Below are positions 10,712 through 20,887 of a stretch of DNA of 64,000 bases, piece after piece (position 1 is the stretch's first letter; each line of letters begins with the position of its first letter). A program made the translations under genes and the position numbers. The stretch comes from an uncultured Gammaproteobacteria bacterium. GTDB lineage: Bacteria > Patescibacteriota > Microgenomatia > Daviesbacterales > UBA10151. The DNA is taken from positions 89,083-153,082 of the forward strand of contig CAYOOO010000001.1 in NCBI GenBank assembly GCA_964405655.1. The letters run 5' to 3'. The notes under the pieces were generated by a model. It saw only the letters and a program-made list of their open reading frames with translations, made no database searches and was not told where the DNA came from.

Positions 10712-11387
10712 ATTAGCAAAATACTATTGCGAAAATGCATCTAGGTTAGGCTGGGGTGAATCTAATGGTAAATTAGACAAGGAAAGGTTAGACCTAATAG
10801 ATAGGTATTTAGTTGGTCAAAAAATTCTTGATGTTGGATGTGGTATGGGATTATATGTTGATTATCTTTCTTCTAAAGGTTATGAAAGTTTTGGTTTAGA
10901 CTTAGTAGGAAAATTTGTCGAAAATGCTCGGTCTTCAAAAAGAGGACGTTTCTTTAAAGGTAAGGCTGAAAAACTTCCTTTTAAGAACAATTACTTTGAT
11001 ACAGTTTTGCTTTTTGACATATTAGAGCATGGAGACGATATCAAAATTCTAGAAGAAACAAAAAGAGTTACAAAAAAAAGGATTTTAATTATCGTTCCTC
11101 GTGAGGTAGATAAGTTGCTAGCGGATACTGGTGTAGTTTTTAGACATTACATAGATAAGACTCACATTAGGGAGTATCGTAGTCAAGATCTTGAAATATT
11201 GGCAAAGAAGGTTAAATTAAAACAAATAAGTTTACAAGAAATTCACAGCTTAAATAATAAAATAATTTTCCAGTCACTTTTGAAAGGTCCCGATCTAATG
11301 AAAGGTTTATTGAGAAAAGTAACGTTTTCACTTCTTTCCTCAAACATTTTTCCAACTGAATATTTTATGGTTCTGGATAAAATATGA
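10701..11387 (+). CDS. Class I SAM-dependent methyltransferase
   Basis: ILDVGCGMG, LPFKNNYFDTV, DILEH. Confidence 0.88.
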   Translation: MQNKLAKYYCENASRLGWGESNGKLDKERLDLIDRYLVGQKILDVGCGMGLYVDYLSSKGYESFGLDLVGKFVENARSSKRGRFFKGKAEKLPFKNNYFDTVLLFDILEHGDDIKILEETKRVTKKRILIIVPREVDKLLADTGVVFRHYIDKTHIREYRSQDLEILAKKVKLKQISLQEIHSLNNKIIFQSLLKGPDLMKGLLRKVTFSLLSSNIFPTEYFMVLDKI

Positions 11388-12511
11388 CTATTGGGTTGGA
11401 TATATCTGTATTAAATGATAAAAATAGAACCGGGATAGGAGTATATGTCTTCAATTTAATTGAACATCTTATAAAAGTTGACAATACAGACAGATTTATT
11501 CTTTTTGCCCTTTCTCCATTGGCAACCTACGACTACATGACAAATTTAAAGTTTAACGACTATCAACACGTCAGGCTGAAGATATTTAAGATGCCTGCTA
11601 AATTCTTCAGGTCGGCTTTCGTAATTTGGCAAAAAATAAATTGGCCCCCGATAGAAATGTTTACTGAAAAAGTAGATATCTTCCATTCATTTAACTGGTT
11701 TTTACCTCCTCAGGTATCTGGCAAATCAGTAGCTACTGTCTTTGATATTACTTCAATTGCTCAACCAAATTGGCATCAGCAAAGAACTACTCAGCTTGAT
11801 AGTCTAAGATTTCAAAGAATATCTAAATATGCTGATCTTGTATTAACAATTTCACAAAATTCAAAAAGAGATTTTCTAAACTACTTTTCTAACTCTAGAG
11901 TCGATGTAATTTATCCAGGTTCATCGAGCATTTTTTCTAGAAAAATTAATAAGGAAAAAATGGGAACCATCTTAAGGAAGTATAATTTAGATCCCGGATA
12001 CATTCTTTCAGTTGGAACACTTGAACCGAGAAAGAACTTGACCTCACTTATAAAAGCCTATCTTAAAGTCAATTTAAGTATGCCTTTGGTGCTAGTTGGC
12101 GCTAAGGGTTGGAAGAATCAAGAAATTATAGATCGTATTAAAAAACAATCTACTAAAATTAGGTTAGTTGGCTTTATTCCAGATGAGGAGTTAGCAATTT
12201 TATACAAAGGAGCACTTTGTTTAGTCTACCCCTCTTTTTATGAAGGATTTGGCATACCTATTTTGGAATCTATGAAATGCGGGACTCCAGTGATATCTTC
12301 TAATACATCATCTTTAACAGAAGTTGGAGGGGATGCGGTCTTGTATATAGATCCATATGATCAAAGAACCACTGAGGAGGCTTTAGTTAAAATAGTTGGA
12401 GATTCTAAATTAAGAACCTCTTTAGTTTCAAAGGGAAGAAAACAGGCTCAAAAGTTTTCATGGACTAAATCAGCTAATAAATTAATTAGTTTATACCATA
12501 GTCTTAAATGA
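11384..12511 (+). CDS. GT4 family glycosyltransferase
   Basis: VGTLEPRKN, YPSFYEGFGIPILESM (EX7E). Confidence 0.92.
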   Translation: MTIGLDISVLNDKNRTGIGVYVFNLIEHLIKVDNTDRFILFALSPLATYDYMTNLKFNDYQHVRLKIFKMPAKFFRSAFVIWQKINWPPIEMFTEKVDIFHSFNWFLPPQVSGKSVATVFDITSIAQPNWHQQRTTQLDSLRFQRISKYADLVLTISQNSKRDFLNYFSNSRVDVIYPGSSSIFSRKINKEKMGTILRKYNLDPGYILSVGTLEPRKNLTSLIKAYLKVNLSMPLVLVGAKGWKNQEIIDRIKKQSTKIRLVGFIPDEELAILYKGALCLVYPSFYEGFGIPILESMKCGTPVISSNTSSLTEVGGDAVLYIDPYDQRTTEEALVKIVGDSKLRTSLVSKGRKQAQKFSWTKSANKLISLYHSLK

Positions 12512-13692
12512 ACTTAATTTGGTTTCTTACTATAGGAACTATTTTATCGCTTTTTTTAGGGGAGTTTGGACAATTTCCTTTTGGGGTAACTTCAAGATCA
12601 GTCAGTGTTACTGATCTGCTACTAGCTACTACAGTAATCTTTTTGTTCATTTGGCAGTTTGGTATTAAGAAAAAGATATTCTTACCCAAAAGCTTTTTTT
12701 TGATTTGTCTTTTTTGGGTAGTTGCTCTAATCTCTCTAATCTTCTCACTAAAATTTTCTGGTGGACTCTATTTGATTAGATTTATATTTTATAGCCTGTC
12801 GTTTTATATCGGATTTTCTTTAATCAAAGAAGGAAGGGTTACCTTAGATAGACTGTTTGAAGTTATTTCAATTCCTTCACTAATAATAACTTTCACAGGA
12901 TTTTTGCAACTTATATTTTACCCCGATCTTAATAGACTGACTGATTTTGGTTATGATCCTCATCAAGGAAGGCTAGTGTCCACTTTTCTAGACCCAAATT
13001 TTTTGGGTGGTTTTCTGTCAATTACATCTTTGGTTTTTATCTATCTCTTTATCAAAAGTAAAAAATTAGTCTGGTTATTTTCTTTCTTTTTAATATTTTT
13101 AGCAGTCTTGCTAACATTTTCAAGATCTGCTTATCTAACTTTTTTTGTCCAGGTCTTGATAATCTCCCTCTTAAAATATCGGAAAATTCTTTTAATTTTG
13201 TTGATAGTGCCAATTTTGTTATATTTATTTATTCCTAGATTTTCAGAACGTGTACAGGGAGCTTTGAGGTTTGATGTAACAGCCAAAGAACGAATCGAAT
13301 CTTGGCAAAAAGGATTTTACATCTTTCAGCAACAACCAATTTTAGGGATAGGATTTAACAACTTACGTGATATGATGGAGCAATATCAACTATTAAAAGT
13401 TTATTCAGCAGATGGGGGAAATTCAGGTGCGGGATTAGACTCTAGTTTTATAGTTGTTCTAGCGACCACTGGAGTTATTGGATTTACTACCTACTTACTT
13501 TGGTGGCTAAGTATTCTCAAATCTGCTGCTGAAAGATTTTTTCAAAAGAAAAACAGCTTAAGTCAATTAATTGTGATCTCATTGGGAATAGGGCTTATGA
13601 TAAATAGCCAATTTATCAATGGCCTTTTTTACCCTCCCATCATGTTTTTATCTTTTCTCATTCTAGGAGCTGTTAATGCGCAGTCTGAGTAA
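12508..13692 (+). CDS. O-antigen ligase-like (Wzy_C) membrane protein
   Basis: RLVSTFLDPNFLG, LTFSRSA, RIESW, PILGIGFN; multi-TM. Confidence 0.8.
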   Translation: MNLIWFLTIGTILSLFLGEFGQFPFGVTSRSVSVTDLLLATTVIFLFIWQFGIKKKIFLPKSFFLICLFWVVALISLIFSLKFSGGLYLIRFIFYSLSFYIGFSLIKEGRVTLDRLFEVISIPSLIITFTGFLQLIFYPDLNRLTDFGYDPHQGRLVSTFLDPNFLGGFLSITSLVFIYLFIKSKKLVWLFSFFLIFLAVLLTFSRSAYLTFFVQVLIISLLKYRKILLILLIVPILLYLFIPRFSERVQGALRFDVTAKERIESWQKGFYIFQQQPILGIGFNNLRDMMEQYQLLKVYSADGGNSGAGLDSSFIVVLATTGVIGFTTYLLWWLSILKSAAERFFQKKNSLSQLIVISLGIGLMINSQFINGLFYPPIMFLSFLILGAVNAQSE

Positions 13693-14791
13693 ATTCTTAA
13701 TTTTCTTAGTGTTGTTTTGGACTTTATCTATTCTGCTGATTAGCTTTTTAAGCTTTTATAGCTTACCTAAAAATCCTCTTCAAAAAAGGCTTAAACTTGT
13801 CGAAACATTTTCTAACTGGGATGGCTCATATTTTTTAGAGATCGCCAGAAATGGTTATAACAACAAAGATCTTTATGCCTTCTTCCCGCTTTATCCAGCT
13901 TTGACAAGCTTTTTTTCTAAGTCGACTGGAGTCGATCTTTTACCTAGTTCGTTACTAATTAGCATTTTTGGATTAATTGGCTCAGTTTATTTTTTAAAGA
14001 ATTTACTAAAGTTTGATTATCCAGAAGTTTTAGTCAAAAAGATCATAATTTTGTTTCTCTTCTTTCCTACTAGTTTTTTCTTAATTGGTAGCTATTCTGA
14101 GAGCCTATTTATTTTCCTTAGCATACTTACTTTCTATTTTGTTAGAAAATTTAACCAATCTAAGAAAACTAACAGATCAACCCTTTTTTATATAACTCTG
14201 GCCACTATCTCAGCCTTGCTGGCTTCTTTAACAAGACTTGTTGGGTTATTGCTTATTTTAGCCCTATGGATTGAAGTTTTTCTTGAAAATAAAAAACTGG
14301 ACCTTAAAATTAAGCTTATTTGTCTACTTGCTCCTTTGGGGTTCTTTTTGTATAGCTTATATCTTTTTAACCAGACTGGAAACCCATTTTACTTTCTCCT
14401 GTCTGAGCAACAAAATTGGCAAAGGACACTAACTTTCCCTGGAGTTAGTTTATGGCAAAGTTGGGAAAGTTTGTTCGGTAACAAATTTAGCTCAGTTATT
14501 ATCAGTATTTTAATAGACTTAATGTTTACTATTTTTGCACTTGGTTTGGCTATCAGAAGTTTTCGATATCTTAGAAAGTCTTATGTCTTTTACTGCCTTG
14601 CTTCGGTCTTATTGCCCCTGCTTACTTCTAGCCTGATGTCTGTGCCAAGATTTATTTTAGCTATATTCCCAATCTTTATTGTTCTTGGACTTATAAAGAA
14701 TGAAACTTTTAATTTATTTTATTTGATAATTAGTATTCTACTGCTATCCTTCAATATAATATTATTTACCAGTGGTTATTGGGTAAGCTAA
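13676..14791 (+). CDS. GT-C mannosyltransferase-like membrane protein (PIG-V/Mannosyl_trans2-like)
   Basis: NWDGSYFLEIARNGY, AFFPLYP, FPTSFFL..YSESLF, TRLVG. Confidence 0.8.
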   Translation: MRSLSKFLIFLVLFWTLSILLISFLSFYSLPKNPLQKRLKLVETFSNWDGSYFLEIARNGYNNKDLYAFFPLYPALTSFFSKSTGVDLLPSSLLISIFGLIGSVYFLKNLLKFDYPEVLVKKIIILFLFFPTSFFLIGSYSESLFIFLSILTFYFVRKFNQSKKTNRSTLFYITLATISALLASLTRLVGLLLILALWIEVFLENKKLDLKIKLICLLAPLGFFLYSLYLFNQTGNPFYFLLSEQQNWQRTLTFPGVSLWQSWESLFGNKFSSVIISILIDLMFTIFALGLAIRSFRYLRKSYVFYCLASVLLPLLTSSLMSVPRFILAIFPIFIVLGLIKNETFNLFYLIISILLLSFNIILFTSGYWVS

Positions 14792-16075
14792 ATGAATTTT
14801 GCATTACTATTTCAATCCATTACTATAATAGTTTCACCACTTTATATTTTAAGGGCAGATCCTGTTATCCCTTTTACAAAAATTCAAATACCAACTACTT
14901 TTTTAGAGGTCCTAATTCTTTTTACAGTTATTCTTACTCTAATCGATTTTATTAAGTCTGGGGCAAAAATTAGAAATTTAAGAACTAGTTTTGATCTGCC
15001 AATCATCATTTTTTTATTATCTGCAATTCTAGCAGTTCTAATAAGTGTGGACTTTAAGGGTGGTTTGGGAATACTTAAGGCCTATTTTATCGAACCAATA
15101 CTTTTTTACTACTGCTTGATTTACCAGCTTAGAAAAAACAACAACTTTTTTATTATCAGTAGTTTATTTATAGCAGGTATTTGGGTTTCCGCCCTTTCGC
15201 TAGTTCAAAAGGTTACTGGAGGTTTTACACTGGCTCCTCATGAACTAGCTCAAGGTAGGGTTTCAGCAGTCTATAACAGCGCTAATTCATTAGCTTTATT
15301 TTTAGGACCCATTATTATCTTGTCCTTCTGGTTTTTCCTTAAGAAGAGGTTTCAATATAGAATAATTGGTCTATCTGTCTTGGCCTTTTTTCTCCTTGAT
15401 TTTATCTGGACTAAATCAAGAGGGGGACTAATTTCCTTAGTGGCCTCCTTGATAATTTTTATGTATTTTTTTACCATTGACAGATATTTAAAACCAGCAG
15501 TTAGTTTAAAAAGATTAAAAAGAATTTGGTTTGTACCAATCCTAATAGCAGTAATTGCCTCCTTAATTTTCTTATCTAATTTTTATCAAAAGACTAATTT
15601 TATCCCTTTCAATCATGGTCAGCCTTACACTCAGGGAGATACACTGCAAATCAGATATTTCATCTGGGCAGGCACAATGAAGATGTTAAAGGATAATTTC
15701 GTTTTTGGAGTAGGGCTAAACGGATTTAAAACTGTTTATACCAATCGTTATCGTTTACCTCAGTACCAGGAACAATTCCAGTATCCTCATAACTTATTGT
15801 TGACTTTTTGGACAGAGATGGGTTTATTTGGATTATTCGCTTTCCTGCTTATCATAGTTCGCTCATTTAGATTAATAATTGAGAAGTTTCTTATTAGCAA
15901 GGAAAATAACTTATTTGGAATAACTCTTTTGGGGATTCTTTCTTATTGGTTGATCCATGGATTAGTTGATGTTCCTTACTTTAAAAACGACCTTAGTCTT
16001 CAGTTTTGGATAATTATTTCTATGATAAATTACTGGATTGAAAGTAAAAAGTCAGATCCTAAGGTTGATAGTTAA
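14792..16075 (+). CDS. O-antigen ligase-like (Wzy_C) membrane protein
   Basis: RVSAVYNSANSLA, TKSRGG, FGVGLNGF, YPHNLLLTFWTEMG, IHGLVD. Confidence 0.82.
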   Translation: MNFALLFQSITIIVSPLYILRADPVIPFTKIQIPTTFLEVLILFTVILTLIDFIKSGAKIRNLRTSFDLPIIIFLLSAILAVLISVDFKGGLGILKAYFIEPILFYYCLIYQLRKNNNFFIISSLFIAGIWVSALSLVQKVTGGFTLAPHELAQGRVSAVYNSANSLALFLGPIIILSFWFFLKKRFQYRIIGLSVLAFFLLDFIWTKSRGGLISLVASLIIFMYFFTIDRYLKPAVSLKRLKRIWFVPILIAVIASLIFLSNFYQKTNFIPFNHGQPYTQGDTLQIRYFIWAGTMKMLKDNFVFGVGLNGFKTVYTNRYRLPQYQEQFQYPHNLLLTFWTEMGLFGLFAFLLIIVRSFRLIIEKFLISKENNLFGITLLGILSYWLIHGLVDVPYFKNDLSLQFWIIISMINYWIESKKSDPKVDS

Positions 16076-16793
16076 CCTTACGCTCAACCCGGTTGCTATT
16101 ACCAAAATTATTTATTGCTAGAACCACAACCAGGTTATCCCCATCATTTAATGGGACTTCAATAGAAAATCCACCCTCACCATTTAATATAACAGTTGAA
16201 CCATTAACAGTAACTGAATTATTAGGGTCAGTTTTGCCGCTAACACGAACCTTTTTATCTCCGCCCTTTATTTGCAAGTTTTCTTGAGGTTCAGAAAGAT
16301 CTAATTTTGGTTTCTCATTACTATAAATAAGTTTAATGGTTTTTGAAGCCAGACTTTTTTTATTGTTTTCATCAACTGTTTTACTGTAGATATTATTTGT
16401 GCTTAGGCTTAACGAGAGATTATCAGTAGTAAAACTGCCATCATCTCTGGTATCAACAGTTGTTTTCAACTCATCATCGATATAAATCTCTACTTTAGAT
16501 TTGGGAATGCTATAACCAGAAATTTTTATAGAAGAACTATTGGTAGCCTCAAATGGAATGCTTAAGACAGGTGGCGCTAAAGTAGCATCTTCAACAACAG
16601 ATTTTTCGCTGTTTACGGGTTTCAATTTATTAAATATTGATAAACTACCTATAAATAAAGGCAATCCCCAATTCAACAGAGCAAAAATTGCAATTAGAAC
16701 AACAATAACACTTATTACAACATTCCTTCTGCTCTTTCTTTCTAATCTTCGAATAGATCTGGGTTTAAAATAGGGACGATTATTCCTGCGCAT
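16059..16793 (-). CDS. Membrane-anchored protein with two Ig-like domains
   Basis: Basic N-terminus, one TM helix, two beta-rich repeats (ISGYS.P...V.I; VSGKTDP..V.VNG..F...L.DGDN). Start set at ATG 16793 because the longer ORF runs into tRNA-Thr. Confidence 0.7.
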   Translation of the reverse strand: MRRNNRPYFKPRSIRRLERKSRRNVVISVIVVLIAIFALLNWGLPLFIGSLSIFNKLKPVNSEKSVVEDATLAPPVLSIPFEATNSSSIKISGYSIPKSKVEIYIDDELKTTVDTRDDGSFTTDNLSLSLSTNNIYSKTVDENNKKSLASKTIKLIYSNEKPKLDLSEPQENLQIKGGDKKVRVSGKTDPNNSVTVNGSTVILNGEGGFSIEVPLNDGDNLVVVLAINNFGNSNRVERKVNYQP

Positions 16794-16809
16794 AAATTTA
16801 TTATACAAG

Positions 16810-16881
16810 AGCCAGCGGTGGGAATTGAACCCACGGCCCATCCCTTACGAAGGGATTGCTCTACCACTGAGCTACGCTGGC
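16810..16881 (-). tRNA. tRNA-Thr(CGT)
   Basis: Reverse complement GCCAGCG...ATCCC-TTCGTAA-GGGAT...GGTTCAATTCC-CACCGCTGGC. Confidence 0.95.
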
Positions 16882-16889
16882 GGTACCTG

Positions 16890-16961
16890 AGCGGGAGACG
16901 GGACTCGAACCCGCGGCCTTCTCCTTGGGAAGGAGACGTACTACCACTGTACTACTCCCGC
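16890..16961 (-). tRNA. tRNA-Gly(CCC)
   Basis: Reverse complement GCGGGAG...TCTCC-TTCCCAA-GGAGA...GGTTCGAGTCC. Confidence 0.95.
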
Positions 16962-17094
16962 ATATGTAATTGACTTTCGAACAAATTATATCAAAGATAG
17001 TTTATACTAAATATGGAGGTGATTTTATGGTAGGTGAGGGAGAGGGAGAAATAAATTCTTCTAGCGGCTTAGGAATTTCTACATCTACTAAAAA

Positions 17095-17802
17095 CTAACG
17101 GGGTATTTTTAAAGTCATGCCTACTTCAATCAAATCTGCATTTGAGATGTTGTTAGCATCAGCTATCTTTTGATAAGCCATCGGGTCGCCATAAGCCCGG
17201 CCAGCTATTTTAGATAACCAGTCATCTACTTGAACAGTGTAAGTGTCACCTGAAATTCTTTCGCCCCAGATAGTTTGATTAATTGCTCCTCCCTGACCTA
17301 TCTCTCCTGGGACTATACTTGAGGAAGGAGATGCTTCCACAGAAGATTTAATTTCAATTTTGGGAATATCTAAGACTTGACCAACGCTTATTAAGTTTTC
17401 ATCAGGAAGCTTGTTTTCCTCAATAATCTTTTGGTACTGATACCCGTCGTTGTAATACTTTTGAGCTATTAAAAACAGCGTATCACCTTCTTTAACAGTA
17501 TATTTGCCAGGTAAGGCTTCCTTTTTGACATCTTCAGATGCCTGTTCTTCGTTAGCGTTTTGTAAAGAGGGTCCCAATTCACTCTTAGGCTTGTTAAAGT
17601 AATTAAAAATAAGTAATCCCAAAACTATGACTATTAAAGTACCCAAAATAAGATTCAAGTATGATTGATTAGTTTGAAGATCGTCCTGAAGTCTTTCGAT
17701 AATTCCGCCACTACTTCTTGAAGAGGCCTTTTTGCTAACTCTTTCTTCACTGAATTTATAACTGAATCGCTTGCCTTGATTAGAAGGTTTTTTTCTTGCC
17801 AC
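17095..17802 (-). CDS. Membrane-anchored protein with two LysM domains
   Basis: YTVKEGDTLFLIAQKYY and YTVQVDDWLSKIAGRAYG repeats, one TM; purine-rich RBS (AAGGGGGA) before GTG. Confidence 0.9.
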   Translation of the reverse strand: MARKKPSNQGKRFSYKFSEERVSKKASSRSSGGIIERLQDDLQTNQSYLNLILGTLIVIVLGLLIFNYFNKPKSELGPSLQNANEEQASEDVKKEALPGKYTVKEGDTLFLIAQKYYNDGYQYQKIIEENKLPDENLISVGQVLDIPKIEIKSSVEASPSSSIVPGEIGQGGAINQTIWGERISGDTYTVQVDDWLSKIAGRAYGDPMAYQKIADANNISNADLIEVGMTLKIPR

Positions 17803-17881
17803 CTAAATCCCCCTTTTCCCGAGGCAGTTTCTTACTTTAAATCTTATAGTCCATCTGTAAAAAGTTGTCAAGAGGGAAAAA

Positions 17882-17992
17882 GCGGGACCGACGGGAATAA
17901 GTCTACTCCGATTTCATCGGAGATCTTGCGTTTTTGACTTCGTCAAAAACGTCGAACAGCAAATCGATCACAAGGATCGTTTTTTAATTTCT
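17882..17992 (-). mobile_element. tRNA-Asp-linked mini element: 54-nt double-hairpin cassette plus 17-bp duplicate of the tRNA 3' end
   Basis: 17882-17898 is identical to 17993-18009; 17931-17957 is the exact reverse complement of 40974-41000. Confidence 0.7.
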
Positions 17993-17993
17993 G

Positions 17994-18066
17994 CGGGACC
18001 GACGGGAATCGAACCCGCTATCTTCTCCGTGACAGGGAGACGTGATGACCGGTTCACTACGGTCCC
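17994..18066 (-). tRNA. tRNA-Asp(GTC)
   Basis: Reverse complement GGGACCG...TCTCC-CTGTCAC-GGAGA...GGTTCGATTCC-CGTCGGTCCC-G. Confidence 0.95.
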
Positions 18067-18122
18067 TTAGAACTAGTGTATTTTAACAAAGCTGAAGCAA
18101 AAATGGTATATTAACTTATGTT

Positions 18123-19910
18123 ATGGTATCTAGTCACAATTTTACCAATCAGCAGATAGCTAAGCTTTTAAGGTCAGTAGCTGCTGCACTGGCTATAAAA
18201 AAGGGGAGTATTTTTCAATTGAGAGCTTATGAAACTGCTGCTGATGCCATCGAGCACTCTACCTCCGAAGTAAAAGACCTGTGGGAGGAAGAAAAATTAG
18301 ACCAAATCCCGGGTGTTGGACAAAACATAGCAAAATACCTTGATGAGTTATTCAGAACTGGCAAAATTGCCCATTTTGAATCAATCCAAAAAGGAATTGA
18401 GCCAGTTGTATTTGATTTACTAGATATTCCTGGAGTTGGTCCTAAAACTGCTCTTGAGCTTTCTAAATTAGGTATAAAAAGCCTTGAAGATCTTCATAAG
18501 AAACTGAACTCGGGCGAACTTACCAAAAAAGGTTTGTCAGATAAAATAGCCTCAAAAATAACTTTAGGTTTAAAGGAATTATCTGGTAGAACTGGTAGGA
18601 TGTTACTTCCCTATGCCGCAGAATATTCCAAGAAAATACTTGACTACTTGAAAAAATGTCCAGAAATTAAAGCTGCTGATGCTTTGGGTAGCTTAAGAAG
18701 ACAAGTTGCAACCATTGGGGATTTAGATTTTGCTGCAGCCTCAAAAGACCCTTCAAAAGTAGTTAAACACTTTGTTAATATGCCTAATGTCAAAAGAATT
18801 ATAGATCAAGGGGAAAATCAGCCAAAGGCTGGCACCAAAAAGGGTGCTAAAGCAACTGTCGTACTAGCTTCTGGACTACATTTAGATTTATTGGTTGGGT
18901 CTCCAAATAGTTATGGTGCTCTTCTGCAGCATTTCACAGGTTCAAAAAATCATAATGTCAGACTTAGAACTTTGGCAGAGAAAAAAGGCTATTCATTAAG
19001 TGAAAATGGAATTAAATCTATAAAATCAGGCAAGATTACTCCTACTAAAACAGAAGAAGAGCTATATAAGCTTTTAGGTATGGATACACCTGAACCTGAA
19101 CTTAGGGAAGATAACGGAGAAATAGAGGCTGCCTTGGACCATAAACTACCCAAACTAATTGAGTTTAAGGATATCAATGGGGACCTACACCTCCACTCAA
19201 ACTTCCCAATGGTTAGTCCATCCCATGGACCAGGTGCTAATTCCATCGAGGAGATAATCGAGCAAGCTATTAAACTTGGATATAGCTATGTGGGTATTTC
19301 AGATCATCCACCAGGATATAGGACAGTAACTTTAGATAAAGTGATCAAAATTCTTCAGAAAAGAACTAAACTGATCAGTAGAGTTAAATCGAGCAAGAAA
19401 GTTATTCGAGTACTAAATGGACTCGAAGTTGATATTCTGCCTGATGGAACACTATCTGTACCCGATTCTATACTAGAGGGATTGGACTATTGTATTGCAG
19501 GTATTCACTCTGGTCATCGATCCTCAAGTGAGGATATTACTAAACGGATAATTTCAGCTTTGAAAAATCCTAATGTCGATATAATTTCCCACCCCACTGG
19601 TAGATTACTAAATGAACGTGATTCGTATGAGGCTGACTGGGAGCAAATTTTTAAATTCAGTGCTAAAAATAAGAAGCTACTGGAGATAAATGCCTATCCT
19701 AATAGACTTGATTTAAGAGATGATTTAGTCAAGTTAGCCATAAGCTTTGGCTGTAAGTTTATTATTGATTCTGATGCGCATGAAACTTCCCAAATGAGTA
19801 ATATGCCCTATGGGGTTGCTGTAGCCAGAAGAGGCTGGGCCACCAAAGATCAGATAGTCAATAGTTGGGAGTGGAAAAAATTTGCAAATTGGTTTAATAT
19901 TAAAAGGTAA
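18123..19910 (+). CDS. polX: DNA polymerase X with PHP domain
   Basis: HhH motifs (IPGVG), [21 protein letters not shown] motifs HLHS, SDH, HPTGR, EINA, DSDAH. Confidence 0.95.
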   Translation: MVSSHNFTNQQIAKLLRSVAAALAIKKGSIFQLRAYETAADAIEHSTSEVKDLWEEEKLDQIPGVGQNIAKYLDELFRTGKIAHFESIQKGIEPVVFDLLDIPGVGPKTALELSKLGIKSLEDLHKKLNSGELTKKGLSDKIASKITLGLKELSGRTGRMLLPYAAEYSKKILDYLKKCPEIKAADALGSLRRQVATIGDLDFAAASKDPSKVVKHFVNMPNVKRIIDQGENQPKAGTKKGAKATVVLASGLHLDLLVGSPNSYGALLQHFTGSKNHNVRLRTLAEKKGYSLSENGIKSIKSGKITPTKTEEELYKLLGMDTPEPELREDNGEIEAALDHKLPKLIEFKDINGDLHLHSNFPMVSPSHGPGANSIEEIIEQAIKLGYSYVGISDHPPGYRTVTLDKVIKILQKRTKLISRVKSSKKVIRVLNGLEVDILPDGTLSVPDSILEGLDYCIAGIHSGHRSSSEDITKRIISALKNPNVDIISHPTGRLLNERDSYEADWEQIFKFSAKNKKLLEINAYPNRLDLRDDLVKLAISFGCKFIIDSDAHETSQMSNMPYGVAVARRGWATKDQIVNSWEWKKFANWFNIKR

Positions 19911-20458
19911 TGCTAAGTTTTATACTGATTGGGATAGTAGTTTTAATAGGCCTGTGGTTACTTGTAACTTATAATGGGCTGGTTACACTCCGTAATCGGG
20001 TTAGAGAAGCTTGGTCACAGATCGATGTTCAACTGAAGAGGCGCTCTTCCTTAATTCCCAATCTAATCGAAACAGTCAAAGGTTATGCTAAGCATGAGAA
20101 ATCGGTCTTAGAGGAAGTAACCAAGGCAAGGACAGCTCTAGTTAATGCAAAAGACCCGAAGTCTGCTGCTACAGCCAATGATATGTTATCTGGGGCACTC
20201 AAATCACTTTTTGCAGTGGCTGAAGATTATCCCGATTTAAAAGCATCTGAGAACTTCAAAGAACTCCAAGAAGAGCTTTCAGATACTGAGACTAAAGTCG
20301 CTGCAGCCAGACAGTTTTATAATACTAATGTTTTGGATCTTAATAATTCCTTAGAAACTGTGCCTTCCGCTTGGGTAGGAAGTATGTTTGGTTTTGCTAA
20401 GGAAGAGTTCTTCAAGGCTACAGACGAGGAGAAGAAAGAAGTTGAGGTTAAATTTTAA
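19910..20458 (+). CDS. lemA: LemA family protein
   Basis: [37 protein letters not shown]. Confidence 0.96.
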   Translation: MLSFILIGIVVLIGLWLLVTYNGLVTLRNRVREAWSQIDVQLKRRSSLIPNLIETVKGYAKHEKSVLEEVTKARTALVNAKDPKSAATANDMLSGALKSLFAVAEDYPDLKASENFKELQEELSDTETKVAAARQFYNTNVLDLNNSLETVPSAWVGSMFGFAKEEFFKATDEEKKEVEVKF

Positions 20459-20466
20459 CTTTTCAG

Positions 20467-20853
20467 ATGCCCCCTCTGATAGCTCCTAATAAAATCTACC
20501 TAACAAATTCAAAAATTGCAGGCAGAGGTGTATTCGCTAAAGTTCCTATTAAAGAAGGTGAGACGATTGAAGTTGCTCCTGTGATTGTAATTCCCTACGA
20601 ACAAGCTTATAAACTATGGAATGAACTTTACCGATATGTATTTAGTTGGGGCTATCGAGATAACCGAACTGTTGCTTTAGCAATGGGATACGGATCTTTT
20701 TACAACCAATCAGAAAACCCGAATGCAACCTACCAGAAATCAGTTCTTAATCGGACTTTTTCCTTTATTGCTCTTCGAGATATTAATAAAGATGAGGAAA
20801 TTACAATAAGCTATGGTTATAAGATCCCTAAGGATTATTTGCGTAAATACTAA
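20467..20853 (+). CDS. Stand-alone SET domain protein
   Basis: SKIAGRGVFA...I..GE, GSFYNQSENPN, ALRDINKDEEITISY. Confidence 0.88.
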   Translation: MPPLIAPNKIYLTNSKIAGRGVFAKVPIKEGETIEVAPVIVIPYEQAYKLWNELYRYVFSWGYRDNRTVALAMGYGSFYNQSENPNATYQKSVLNRTFSFIALRDINKDEEITISYGYKIPKDYLRKY

Positions 20854-20887
20854 TTTTAAATTTCGTTTGTGGTAAAATTTGCATCAT

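Noticed and set aside
16794-16841. N-terminal extension MGRGFNSHRW of the Ig-domain ORF
   Set aside because: It is the translated T arm of tRNA-Thr; the real start is likely ATG 16793
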